Below are positions 37,843 through 50,200 of a stretch of DNA of 64,000 nucleotides, in pieces. The notes below the pieces were generated by a model. It was not told the DNA's origin. It saw nothing but the letters and a program-made list of their open reading frames with translations, and ran no database searches. Position 1 is the stretch's first letter. Each line of letters opens with the position of its first letter. This DNA comes from Azolla caroliniana (Eukaryota; Plantae; Polypodiophyta). The DNA lies in NCBI GenBank assembly GCA_043228905.1, contig JBHGNT010000012.1, forward strand, positions 6,386,001 to 6,450,000. The letters are read 5' to 3'. The translations under genes were made by a program, and so were the position numbers.

Positions 37843-40287
37843 CTATGTTCTTTTTTATCGAGTGAAACTTGCCAGTCTCGATGCAGGTGAGTTCTGCAAA
37901 GAGCACATTTCTGCTCTGTACCATTGTTAGAAGAAAACAAAGAGTTGGCAAGAGTGTTGCTTGACCCTCCCTACCATTTATTATTTAATGGCTGAAGTTT
38001 TGACATGGAACTGATTCTCGACTACTAACAATGTATGGGATTTTAAATTGAGTCGCTGAATTCTTTTGTTGGACACTCTTACATTTCCACCGTCTTTTTT
38101 AACCTTTAGAAATGCAGTTTCCTTATTTTTATGGGGCTATACCCTTTCAGAAAAGTTATAATGGCTCTATTACTAAGTATAACAGAACCAATCTAAACCT
38201 ATGATGCATTCATGTTAAAGTTAGCATGTTGAGTCCACAACAAGATTTAAAGTCGTAATTAGAAACACAAGGAGGAAATTAACCAAGACAGTTTTATTGA
38301 TAGGATGTGTATGCCCTAACGAGTACCCTCACACGCTTAAAGAGTATCCATATACCTTTGATGAGTTACTTATGAATGTGCTTTTAGTTGAGACTCAAGC
38401 TTTTCTCTTCCGTTTTATGTGGGGTTAGCAGCATGCTATACGTACCCTACCACTTTGGATGAGCATGGCAACTTAGTGTGTTGTACCTATTATATCACAT
38501 CAGATGAGTGTGGCAACTTACATGATGTATGAAGGCAATGCTTTCAGATTAGGCTTTAACATATGGAATGTCGTATATACGCGCACATGTAGAGATACAC
38601 ATTTTAATGCACGTAAATATACATGTGGACAATCCTGTTGGAGGATGTACAAAAAATGAGTGAATGATACAAAAGATCTTGTCGGTAAATTGTTCATGAC
38701 ATTCCTGACATGGTGAGAAATGTTGCTTTAACTAGATTTGAGGATTTAAAAACATTTTATTTGTGTGAAGGGTAACAAGAATATGTGTCTTATTAGGAGT
38801 TCATGCTAGCAAACTCTTCTGTTCTCATGTATTGCAATGGGGCATCATGATTCTGGATACACACATTCACATAACCATCATCAACACTCACTCACACTAT
38901 GTGATTAATAAGAAATGGGAAATGAACAGATGATTAAGTAATTGAACTTTAGCAATGGAATGGAGAGATACAAAGGGGAGAGTAGAACATGGTTTTCTTT
39001 TCTCTGATGACCAAGGTTGCGTTGTGGATTGTGATTAAGTGCTCTATATAATAACTAAAGAACCAACTCCCTCTCAAACCCCTTAATGAACGTTTTTATA
39101 GGAGGGAGAGGTTGCAATTGCTCATAAAACCACTTATTTTCTCACTCACATGGCCCTGAACCTTCCACTCAAATCACAGCTTGCTTTTAGTAATTGATAT
39201 GTATCTCAAAACTAAATCTCAAATTTCGAAAATGCTCTTTTTAATGTCACATTCTTTGACCATACTCAAATTACCTATTAGTTTTTGTGATTTACAATAT
39301 GTCCTATTTATTTTGAACTACATGTCCTTCCATTAGACAACCAACATGGTGCATTACTCACCTTAGGTGACACCAATAGGTTTTTGTGAGATACTATGAA
39401 TAAACAAGCTTATTAGCTTGGGGAATCGCTAATTATTTTGAGAACTATAGATTCTCATGATTACAACTTCATAAAAATTCTAAAACGCAAGCTTTTTAGG
39501 TTGCTTTTATGATTGAATCACTAACATTGAAAACTAGTTGTACATCATATCATCCAATGTCTTAATGATTCCAACCTTGATCAAATGAATAGTCTCAGTT
39601 GAAAATGTTGCACAAATACTTCCATTTATGATAAAGATGGAATTGGGTTGTTTGAGTTGCTTATCTCTAGTTTCTGATCTTTATAAAGCCAAAACATTAC
39701 CAACTCTAATTAGGAGGAAGACAATAAGGAAGGTAAATCTTAAAGTAAATTATAGTCCAAGTAAACAATGTAATTCTTAAGCTAAAATATAGTTGTGAAG
39801 GAAACAATATAATTCTTAAGGTAAACTATAAGTCAAAGTAAACCAGGCAATTCTTAAGGTAAAGTATGAGATAGAGCAATCAAATTAAACCATGAGTCAA
39901 AATGAGCAAGGTAACTCTTACATCACTTGGAAAATGAAATATGATCACTCTTTTTAGTCAAAGTAGCCATGGTAGTTTTTCAATGTAAACTATGAGTAAA
40001 AGTGAGGAAGGTACTTTGACATCTCTTGGAAACATCAAACATTTTCCCACCAACTTCTTGAACATGTTTGATGTTTCCATTACCCCTCATGCCCTAGTCA
40101 ATGGATAAGGAATTCTAGTTCCAACCAATAGTTCAATGCACAATTTGTCTCAATGTCAGCCATTCCTCAATTGATTGCAAACTCTTGCAATATTGATATG
40201 CCACATGAGGAACTAGACAATCAAGTGATGTTAGTACAATCTCCTAGCCACATACATACGCCACCTATGTTGATTCTTGACAATTGA

Positions 40288-40614
40288 ATGGATATGTATT
40301 CAATTGCTAGCAAGCTCACTCAAGTAGCAAGGTAGGCAAACACTAAGTATAAGAAAACCTATTGGAAAGTTAGGCTAGTAGTAGTATTAGTCCTTGAGGA
40401 TACTCGGGATCAATTCAAAAGTTGAAAAGTGGAACCAATTCTTGGAAACTCAATGGATATGCATTCAATTGCTAACAAGCTCACTCAAGTAGCAAGGTAG
40501 GCAAACACTAAGTATAAGAAAACCAATTGGAAAGTTAGGCTAGTAGTAGTATTATCCTTGAGGATACTTGGACCAGTTCAAAAGTCGAAAAGTGGAACCA
40601 ATTCTTGGAAACTC
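40288..40614. repeat. ~165-bp tandem duplication
   Basis: ATGGATATG..TTCAATTGCTA..CAATTCTTGGAAACTC twice. Confidence 0.9.
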
Positions 40615-40619
40615 TTAGC

Positions 40620-41101
40620 GTATATATAATGGGCTTATAATTATAGGATGCCCATGAGATGATGCCATCCGTATCCATTTAAGGATGTGAACATGGTGGA
40701 GGTGCCCATCTCAATAAATAGTTGGTGATCAAGATATGGTTTCCTTAATCATGTACACATAAGGAGAGGGAGACTGATGTATATAGAATCTCTTCGTAGA
40801 TTTCTACATTAAGAAATAAAAATACAAGATGGATAAATTTGAAGCTTATTATGCACCAAGACCAATTAACTTTGCTTAGAGATAAAGATTTACATGGAGG
40901 GTAAAGTAAATAAAGTCAATGTGTGGTTCATGTTTAAATGGCAATGTATCTCCATTGAAGGTAAATATTAACACTTTCCATTTCCATGGTTAATCATTAG
41001 TCTATCTAGTGAATGGGTCCAATCCTATAGATCACAAACAATCTACGGATGTTAAAAAGACATCCTTAGAAGTTGATTTCTGTTGCTAGTAGATACATTA
41101 A

Positions 41102-41184
<83 letters not shown>

Positions 41185-42350
41185 ATGAAAAGCCAAAAGG
41201 AATGTGTGGAAAACACTACAATGGTACCACAATTGAGTGGTGTCACCACTACAAGGTAAATGGACGTGCTAAATCGCCAATAGGCAAGACAATCCCTCCA
41301 TTGAGGAAAGAACTTAGACTTGGTCCAATAAACAAAGTTTCTACATCAATAATCCCTTCAACTTTTGTAGATATGCTTTAACTCCATGCCTACCATCAAA
41401 TACCAATGCATTGTGATCTTACTCCCAATTATGATGCAATCCCCAATATAGGATGGGACACAATTTCCATCCCTAATCTCTCTCTCTCTCTCTCTCTCTC
41501 AAGAAATACCTCTCAAAAATAAGAAAATGATCTCCATCTCTACCACCAATGTTTTATTTATGGAGCTAGAAACAGCTTGAAAATATCCAACAACGCTTTT
41601 TCATGTAGTTTCTTCAAGTCAAGCTACAAAAGCATATGTGCTCCTACTTTTTCATGTTCTTTTATGGGGTTGTTGAGGACAAATTCCTCTATGAATCGGG
41701 CTTTTATGCACAATTTTGTGTTATATAGCTTAGGAATGATTTGGGGACTCACGTTTCATATGGTATGCCACAATTGTTGAACCAATTTAGAAAACCATCA
41801 TCTTTGAACAAGGAAACTAGACTTACCAATACATATGCTAGAGACTATCTCGTTGTTCACCATTCACACCAATACTTCTATAGGACTTACACTCTTTTTC
41901 TGCGAGACGAAGTGTTGAATCATTGGTGAGGAGGCTAGTTGATTGCATATTTTTCCTCGAACAAGTTTAGGAGTCTGAGCATCACACTTTGATTGATATA
42001 TGCTACCTTCGATCACATTCAAGTTTGCTTTTTACACTGTCTCAATCTATTTTAGTGCTTAACGAACATTACTCTCACAATGACAACGTGCGCTCTCGAC
42101 TGCAACGAAGATGAATAAAATTCTTGAACATTGATAGCCACTACTCCATTCCACATGTACTATGCAAAAATATATCACTTTTGGTCCCGTAGGCCATCAT
42201 TGATCTCCAAGGATGATAAAAACTCTGTAAATGTGGTTGCCACTAGGCCCACACAGCATAATAACTCACAAAACCACGATATTAGGGCTTCGTTGAGTTC
42301 ATCATTGATATCCTTAATAGCTAAAACCATTGCATCATATTAGTGGACAA
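40620..42350 (-). mobile_element. Highly decayed LINE RT remnant containing (GT)n(CT)n(CA)n microsatellites
   Basis: Minus strand PQIIPKL...KARFIEE...HMLL*LDLKKLHEK resembles L1 RT (LDxxKAYDxV). Boundaries are approximate. Confidence 0.55.
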
Positions 42351-42827
42351 CACATGGTTCTTACTTAAATAAGGTGAATCAATGCTGATATGATGCAACA
42401 CATGTTCTTACTAAAATAAGGAGAATCAAAGCTTCGCATTACTTCTTCAGAATTAGTTAGAGAGACAAGCAAAGGTAAAAAATTTATAAAAGATTATCAT
42501 TAGAGAATAGAAATGAATATATCAAAATCATTATATGATTGAGGAGATAGAGAAAAGTCATGGATATTCATACAGGAATAAACAAGAAAAACAGAAAATC
42601 CTATCATTTGCAGAGGAAAACAATCACATCTAATGGCACTGGGACAAAGAACAGAATCGATAAGGTATCTAGCCCACTTGACTCATTTACATAATAAATA
42701 ATTAATCAACAATATCACGTTCACTTCTATACCAAAAATCACTTGAATTCCACAAACATTCACAACTATCTTTCTTGATAATGAGCTAATTACCTTGGAC
42801 TTTTCAGATGTTGAGATGTTAGATTGT

Positions 42828-45036
42828 TCATTGAAGACTTTTTAGCATGCATTCTATCTGATTAGTCACACACTCCAGTTTCTTTGTACTTATCTCAGCC
42901 GATGTTCGTGCAATGTAATCACAGTTCTCATAAGCACGATAATCACACATTCCTTTAATCTCTTCCCTCAATGTCACCTGAATGTCCTATGGAAGCAATC
43001 CGATATATTATTATTGCATACTAAATTCACATTGTTAAAAATTGTATGAAATGAACATGTAAACCTCCATAAGACCCAAATACTGAGAGAAGCAGAACTA
43101 ATTGATTATGTGAATAATAAAAACTGTGTTAATTAACAAAACCATAATGTGCATAACACACAATGTAATGCATTACCTCTCTATGAATTATGAATAACAT
43201 ATCAGACAGAGTAGTGGAATGTGTAAGTCAGTGATGAATGTATTTATAATGACAAATATGCAGACATAATTCTGTTTTATATAAGTAAAGGTAACTTGAT
43301 AGACTTAACCATGAACAAGATTGGCAATAAGAGAAATATCTACTTATGATATATACACTATGTCTTAAAGGTGCGTATATGATTGTGCATGTAAGCATAT
43401 TAGAAATGTAAAGGGTACATCATATGTCTTCAGCTCGGCCCCTATCAAGATGGATCATATATCTATAGAGAAGACCAAGATCCAAAACTATAGAGAAGAC
43501 CAAGATCCAAAACCAGTATTCAAGTTTTAACTCATTGATGTAAAAGCTATAAATATACAAAATCCGGGCATAAACGATGCATTATTTAGTATTTCTGGGA
43601 AACTTTCTTACCTACTGTCCTCCTTAGTAAACATTTATAAAACTATCCTTCTGAACCCTAATTCTAGATCAATGAAAATGCTGATGGAAATTCTATTAAG
43701 GACCAGTGCATGCTTGCATTACATCAAGTATTGTCATTTTATATTTTTCCATGATGTAAAGTTGAAAATAAAAACGTTTATTTATAATCCCTACCTCAAG
43801 TGCCTATGTAGATGATCAAATAAGCATGCATGTCTAATACTCCAATTGTATCATTTGCCAAATTCTGAGGATAGTACCAAGACAAATTAATGAAACCTAC
43901 AAACCAACAAGAGGGTGTATACTAACTATCATACAAAGTTGGCAACAACAAAATCAAAGAAAAGATGAGAATGATCCAGTTCTGTGAAGAAGGCCTGCCT
44001 CCTTTTGTCTGCAACCATTCAAGAGCTCATGGAGGCATCCACTGACTTCCTAGGGTCTCAATCAATTTATTCCATATGGTGGCTAAGGTATCTAATGTAG
44101 ATTGTATCTTACTGCCAAGTAGCTGGGAGCATAGGTTCTTACAAATATTCCATAATGCAATTCTTGAGATTGTAGTAAAGATAATATCTTGATGATGGTT
44201 CTCAGCCTTTCCACAAGGCAACAGTGAGCATAAATACAATGCATGGGAACACGTCTTTGAATGTTGAATGAACACCTATCATATGTCTCAACGAAAGGCC
44301 TGCTCACCATGAAAGAAAATATATATGCAGACCAGTGATTCTAGCACAAGGTCATTATATCTAGTCCATGTGGAATCATGCCCAGCTACAGCTGCCAAGT
44401 GTGCCTATTGCTATAACCCTCCGTGTATGGTCTGCTATTGAAAGTGACCATCATAAACTGACAATACACAAAACCATTGTTGTCCCTACCACAATAGTGA
44501 GGATTTTACAGCAAGGTAAATCTTCCAAGGTAAGATATAAAGGCAGCTCCTCTAAAGACATGGTGCTCACAAAACTCAATTGTGAATATTGTCAAACCAA
44601 TTTTCAGCCTACATAACTCTTGTGATGCTCATTTGGAGCACATCGAACCAGAAAAAAGGGAGACTGGCTGTTTGTTTAATATGCATACAGAAGAACAAAT
44701 GGGAATTGATTGGTTTGAAAAACAGCGGAAATGACGGTACCTTGACAGACTGCATGAACTCCTGGCACTGTGTGACTACAAGATCTGATCGTGGACCAGC
44801 TCCACTTGCCAGCTCATCCATCAGCCTTCCAGCCAGCTCCAACGCAAGCACGATCTTCTGAAATGACAGAGCATGGAAATAAGATAATAGAAGAAACAGA
44901 ATGAAATGAGAAAGAAGAAGAAGATGTGACATTCTTACTATGGCGAAAGCATAAGAAAACTTGCCTTCTCAGCATGGCACAGACGCTGCAGAGATGTGGA
45001 TTGAGATGCTGCTGTCGTATTGATTGTGCTTGACAT
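42828..45036 (-). CDS. MED11: Mediator of RNA polymerase II transcription subunit 11, 115 aa, 3 coding exons
   Basis: Exons 45036-44965, 44857-44741, 42986-42828: MSSTINTTAASQSTSLQRLCHAEK|KIVLALELAGRLMDELASGAGPRSDLVVTQCQEFMQSVK|DIQVTLREEIKGMCDYRAYENCDYIAR..., matching plant MED11. The first coding intron is GC-AG. Confidence 0.93.
43850..44600 (-). mobile_element. LINE 3' fragment in a MED11 intron
   Basis: TTISRIALWNICKNLCSQLL resembles the L1 ORF2 C-terminal LWxIWKxR motif. Confidence 0.5.
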
Positions 45037-45229
45037 GGATTCTGCAAACCTTACCCTGTCCAACTAACTATATATATACATATATTCTCTCTCTCTCTTT
45101 CTCTCTCGCTCTCTCTCTCTCTCTCTCAACAATTTCTCCAAACACAAGGAAAAGCACATGCCTGTGCTAAATTTTGGGGAAATCTAAATGGAAAGTGTGT
45201 TTGAGAGTTATAGTGACTTAACTATGGAC

Positions 45230-48200
45230 TTATCTATGCATTGTACGAATTAATATGAGCTATCAATTGCCAAAAAGATGATATGATATGGTTCTCCTTG
45301 ACATATGTCTCCCTTCTTTATTATTGAAGATATATGCATAGAGTTTACGAAATGTTTGGGATAAAAGCCCCAAACATTCTCCTATTTTAGTATATTTTGA
45401 CCCTTCAAGAGCTTTCTAGACATACTTCTACTACATCTTTGGCCCCAATTTGAGGGGTTATAGGCATTTATAGAAAAAGGGAGTAGTCTCTCGAAAGGCA
45501 AGCAATCTTCAATGTATAAAGGCTGAAATGGATGGGAAAGGAAGCACATGCATGGATAAGTGATATGTTTAATCATGCATTGCAACATGGTAGGCCTACA
45601 AATGAACTACAAATTGGATCAAACCTTTGCATAAAGGTGGAGATGTAAATAATGTAAACGAACCATCATGGTTGGTTCGCGAAAGGTAAAACTATTTGGA
45701 TGTACAATGGAGTCAAATGTACATGCATGGGCTGAAAACAATGGTACAAGAGCTAACAGAAAAGCTAGCTTTCAAAAACACAATAACATCATTAATCACC
45801 TTGTCACCCTTCAAGTATTAAAAGAAGAATGACACTTAAGAGGTGAGGGTTCATAATTTTGCTTCATGAACTTCAAGAAAACTTTTGATATAGTACTTAG
45901 TGAGCATCTTTGAAGGCGAATGGAAGAACTCAAGGTTCCAAGAGAATATATGCTTACCATTTCCCGAATAGATGAGAAGGTTATATGTTGTGTGCATATG
46001 GGCAATGAAATTAGGCCTAGTTTAACATCATTTTCATTATAGAACATGTTTTTTTATATAGAACAGTTTTGTTATTTTCTTAGAACTATTTACCTTAAAC
46101 TCTATTTTTATCTTATTTTTATTTTTACTTTCGATGAATGGGTAAATATCCCATTTTTTTGTAAACCATTTGTCTCATGGGCCAATTTTGGCCTTAGAAG
46201 ACGTTAATATATCTTTCTTTCTCTCTCTCCCCTACTGTGTGTTTTCCTAACTGTTTGTTCTCTGTTGTCCAGCTGAGCCTGTTGTGTTCGCACGTAACGC
46301 TTCCGCACACGTATCATTTTACATGGTATCAGAGTGCGAGGGTTAGAAGAATCCTCTACAGCCGACACGCAAACAAGCATAGAGACAAACTCTAGTCTTC
46401 TAGAGAAGAAAAGACAGAAACATGGAAAAAGGCATGGGAAGCTCACATCCAACAGAAAAACTCGATAGGAGCAACTACGCATCTTGGTCGTACAAGATGC
46501 ACTAGTACCTGCTTCGGCACAGGTACTAGAGTTACGTCGAAGGAGCAAATGATGCAACACTGGATGCGACACATAGGGACTTTCCGGCCTAGGAGGAAGC
46601 GGTAGGCAGAGTAATGTATTGTTTTGCGTCCAGTGCCCGTGATCAACTACTCAACTACATCCGGGATGCCAAGACGTCGAAAGGTGCATGTGCGAATTTC
46701 AAACGGATTTTCGTTGCCAGCACAACGGCCAAGAAGCTGCAACTTAGGTAGGATCTTAGCAATGTTCGACAGAAAGACTTGTCTGTGGCTGATTACACTA
46801 CCCAGATCAAGGAGATCTGCAACTCGCTCACCTCCATAAACGTGACCGTCGAGGAGGATGAAATGGTGTAGTTCTGCCTCAGAGGGCTGGCGTCTAGATT
46901 CGAATCATTCTGAATGGCAGTTTGCACGAGAGAGAACACGCCGTTGTTCTTCGAGCTACAATCGATGTTGCTCGTTGAGGATGCGTGGATGAGCACGCAC
47001 GCCGACATCAAGATGCTGTACACAGAGGTGGATAGGTCCCGTGGTCGTGGAGAACAAGGCGGGTCGGCACGCAATTGAGGCAGCCGACAAGAGTAGAACC
47101 AAAGGCATAATAGAAATGTCGACAGCAATTCTGGACCCTCCACAAGAAGGGGGAGTCAAGACGGCGCCAAAAACTGGCAAGGAAAGACCGCGACAGACTG
47201 TTGGTATTGTGGCCAGAAGGGCCACACAGAGAGCGAGTGCTAGAAGAAGCGTGCCGATTCGGACCGAGCTGGATCAATCCGGGGAGATGTAGATAGGCCA
47301 TCGGTGTCAAAGATCGCACTACGCCGAACGCTTAGGGCAAGCTGGAATAGACCCCACCTTTGAAATGAAGCACAAGGCCAATTCGATGGTGGCGAGCACC
47401 TTGAAGCCGAACGAGGTGTGGTATGTGGATTTCGGAGCATTGAACCATATGACGAACCACAAGGAGTGGTTCTTGATGTTGGAGAAGCCGGAACAGCCGA
47501 GAGTCGTCAAAATTGGCAACGACACCCCTCACCCCATCGAACATATCGGAGATGTCCCTCTGAGCCATGTCGGCCAGAGAGGAATAATGAGGAACGTCCT
47601 ACACGTCCCGACGATCACCAAGAACCTGGTGTCGATCGGACAGATCTTTGATCAAGGGATGTAGGTTCGATTCACTCATCTCGGGTGCTTCATCGAAGAA
47701 GAAGGCCGAATTATCACGCAAGGCCGCCGAGACGGGAGGATGTTCATCCTCGACACGAACAATGTCGGCACTACCATGTTCGCCAATGGGCAAAAGGTCG
47801 AGTCGAACATTGATCTATGGCACAAGTAGTTCGGCCACATCAACTTCCTGCGGCTTTGACCAAACCTAATTCTTCGGCCACACATCTTTGACCAAACCTA
47901 ATTCTTGCACGAATTTCCCTCATACTCACAATGTGCACTCTTGATTACAACATTTATTAGCAACGTTCTTGACTATCGAGACTTGCAACTCACTTTCACA
48001 TGTATTACATGAAAATGTAATATTTTTGGTCTCATAGGTCGTATTTAACCTTTGAAGACGATAATAAAATCTATCTATCTATCTCAAAATAGCAATAGAG
48101 TGATCCAAATTAACTTTATCAAGTTGGAAAACAAAATTACATAGATCATCCCCACGACATCTCTGGGAAGGAAAATGGTCCATTGTAAGACACAATTTTT

Positions 48201-48590
48201 ACACACATCAGAGGATGGATTCATCATTTGATCTGTGTATATGGACATACAACTATCCTATGCATTGCACATTGTGATAGGCCAATTACAAACTTCTTCG
48301 CATCAGTTAGAGATTGAGGTAGGCAGATATGGACGAGTATCTCTAGAAGAAAGATTTTGCCAATGTGTCATTAGGGAATGGAATCTGAAGAACACTATGG
48401 TTGTCATTATGCTGTTTTTTATGAAATAAGCGGGAGATACCATTGCCTCTTTAAGCACGGCTTCGACCCACTGCACAAGGTAATGGAATATGAGGACCAA
48501 CAGTGTTTGGGGCTTTTCTTGCTAGAATTCATGAGACATAGGGAGAAGTTGTTGATAGAAAACAATACAGCCACACAAGCTCATTAGCAA
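45230..48590 (+). mobile_element. Decayed non-LTR (RTE-like) retrotransposon pieces (45230-46010 and 47910-48590) split by a copia insertion
   Basis: FMNFKKTFDIV..L*RRMEELKVP (RT domain 3). C-terminal TSSHQLEIEVGRY..LEERFCQC..ESEEHY..C..FYEI. Confidence 0.7.
46160..47856 (+). mobile_element. Truncated Ty1/copia element: short 5' LTR, PBS, gag, protease, start of integrase
   Basis: LTR ends TTTTACA at 46323, followed by the tRNA-iMet PBS TGGTATCAGAG. SNYASWSYKM, CWYCGQKGHTESEC, WYVDFGALNHMT, HVPTITKNLVSIGQ, DLWHK*FGHIN. Multiple stops. The LTR start is approximate. Confidence 0.92.
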
Positions 48591-48638
48591 CTTATGATTT
48601 TCATGTTGTGGAGATCAGTTTAGGGTTCAGTTCTATAT

Positions 48639-48741
48639 AGAGAAAGAAAGAAAGATATATTAACGTCTTTTAAGAGGCCAAAATGGCCTATAAGACCAAA
48701 CAAGAGATTACATCTCAAGTGTTGTCTCGTCTTTGAGAACA
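48639..48741 (-). repeat. Short (~100 bp) copia-type LTR fragment
   Basis: Near-identical to 59993-60098; its reverse complement matches 46165-46225 of the copia LTR. Confidence 0.75.
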
Positions 48742-49900
48742 AATCAAAATGTTGGGGTTGAACCTTTTAAGTCTATGAGTTTCATGTGGTGGAGATCAAT
48801 TTAGGGCATGGTTTCGCTTTGTTAATATTTCAAGATCTAGAAGTCAATTGCACATGGAGTAAAAGAATGAAAAGAACCACATGATTTATACACTAAAATC
48901 ATAAAAGTGACCTAGGTATACTATTGTGTTTAATGTGCTTTAAATATCCCATGTGTTTTAAGGTTCCAATATTGAACCCACAATATAACCAACAATCAAG
49001 ACTTTCATACTGCAGCTTCCAATATACTAAGAGTATACAACATTTTTAATTTAAGAAGAACTTGATGCAAATATATCAAAGTGAAAATGTTAAGTGGAAA
49101 AAATAGAGACTAGTGGTTACATTTACTAGTTGGAAGTACTCAAAAGCTTTATCTAAAAGTATTTCAGAACTTTCTAAAATTTATTTGATGCCAATAAAAC
49201 CTTCTTGCTACGAATTTGTAAAATTATGGAAGAAACAAAATATATTTTGTCTAATTATACTTTCTCGAGTGCTATAGATTTAGGAAAGATGCAGGTGAGA
49301 CAATGTTTTAATAGATTTCATAAATTTAATAGGACATAACCCTTAATTGAAGTTGTAAGATTATAATACATTCTATTAAAATTAATGATCCAATAAGACA
49401 CAGTTCACAAAGGCAAGAAAACAGTTGAAGCACTGGTTGTTTAAGCAAGGTGATAGCTTTTAACGATGTTTCTGACATTCAACATTTTATCCACTTGAGC
49501 TATCTCTCTTAGGTTTAGTTTAGAAGGCAATGAATTAATGCTACATGCACTTGTTCACTTCTTGTGAATACAGCTTAAGACAATGTACCGCATCAAATAA
49601 TAGGCATTCCCGGCTACATTTCTTCCTCCCATCAAAGAAAGTAATTTATTTTAAAATGTGTATAGTTTACACACATTAACGTCATGTTACACAGAAAAAC
49701 TTAAGAGAGGAACAGAAAAACAAACCAGAGAGGGGAAATAGAAGGGAATGAAGCAAAACAAGTCGAAGAATTTTCATTCTGGGAGATACAAATATTTAGA
49801 GCCAGGAAGATACGAGGACCAAAATCATATAAACATATATACCCCAGACAGAAACTAACTTGGAAGAATAAAACGAAAACACAGGGTAGGAGATACTAAC

Positions 49901-50025
49901 CTTTTTCTTCCTCCAAGAGAGATGGTTGTGACTTCTGGAGCTGCTAGAACAGGAAAAATGGAGCGAGGCAAGGAATCAGGAGCAGAAGAAGGAGGAAGGA
50001 GCAGGTTTTCGCCATAGCCGATCAT
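49901..50025 (-). other. Probable first (5' UTR or alternative coding) exon of MED11
   Basis: CT-rich leader ending in donor AAAG|GTTAGT at 49901/49900, downstream of TAAATA and an AGGCCCA site-II-like motif (~50055-50061). No other gene is available to receive it. Confidence 0.55.
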
Positions 50026-50200
50026 CGCACAGTGTTTGGGTTATTTACGAAAATGGGCCTCCCCCCATATTTTCCATAAATTCCCAATATACCCCTCACT
50101 CAATCTTCCACACTTGTGTATATTAACTTAACTGTAAACGCACACAATTATATTAACTGTAGTATCAGTATGTAAAATCCACTTGTTACTCTCTCTCTCT

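Noticed and set aside
38900-40280. AT-rich region with degenerate AATTCTTAAGGTAAA repeats
   Set aside because: Probably TE-derived, but no termini or protein motif could be identified to support a call.
49944-50015. Signal-peptide-like mini ORF MAKTCSFLLLLLLIPCLAPFFLF*
   Set aside because: The hydrophobicity is explained by the CT-rich leader and the ORF stops after 23 codons; at most a uORF.
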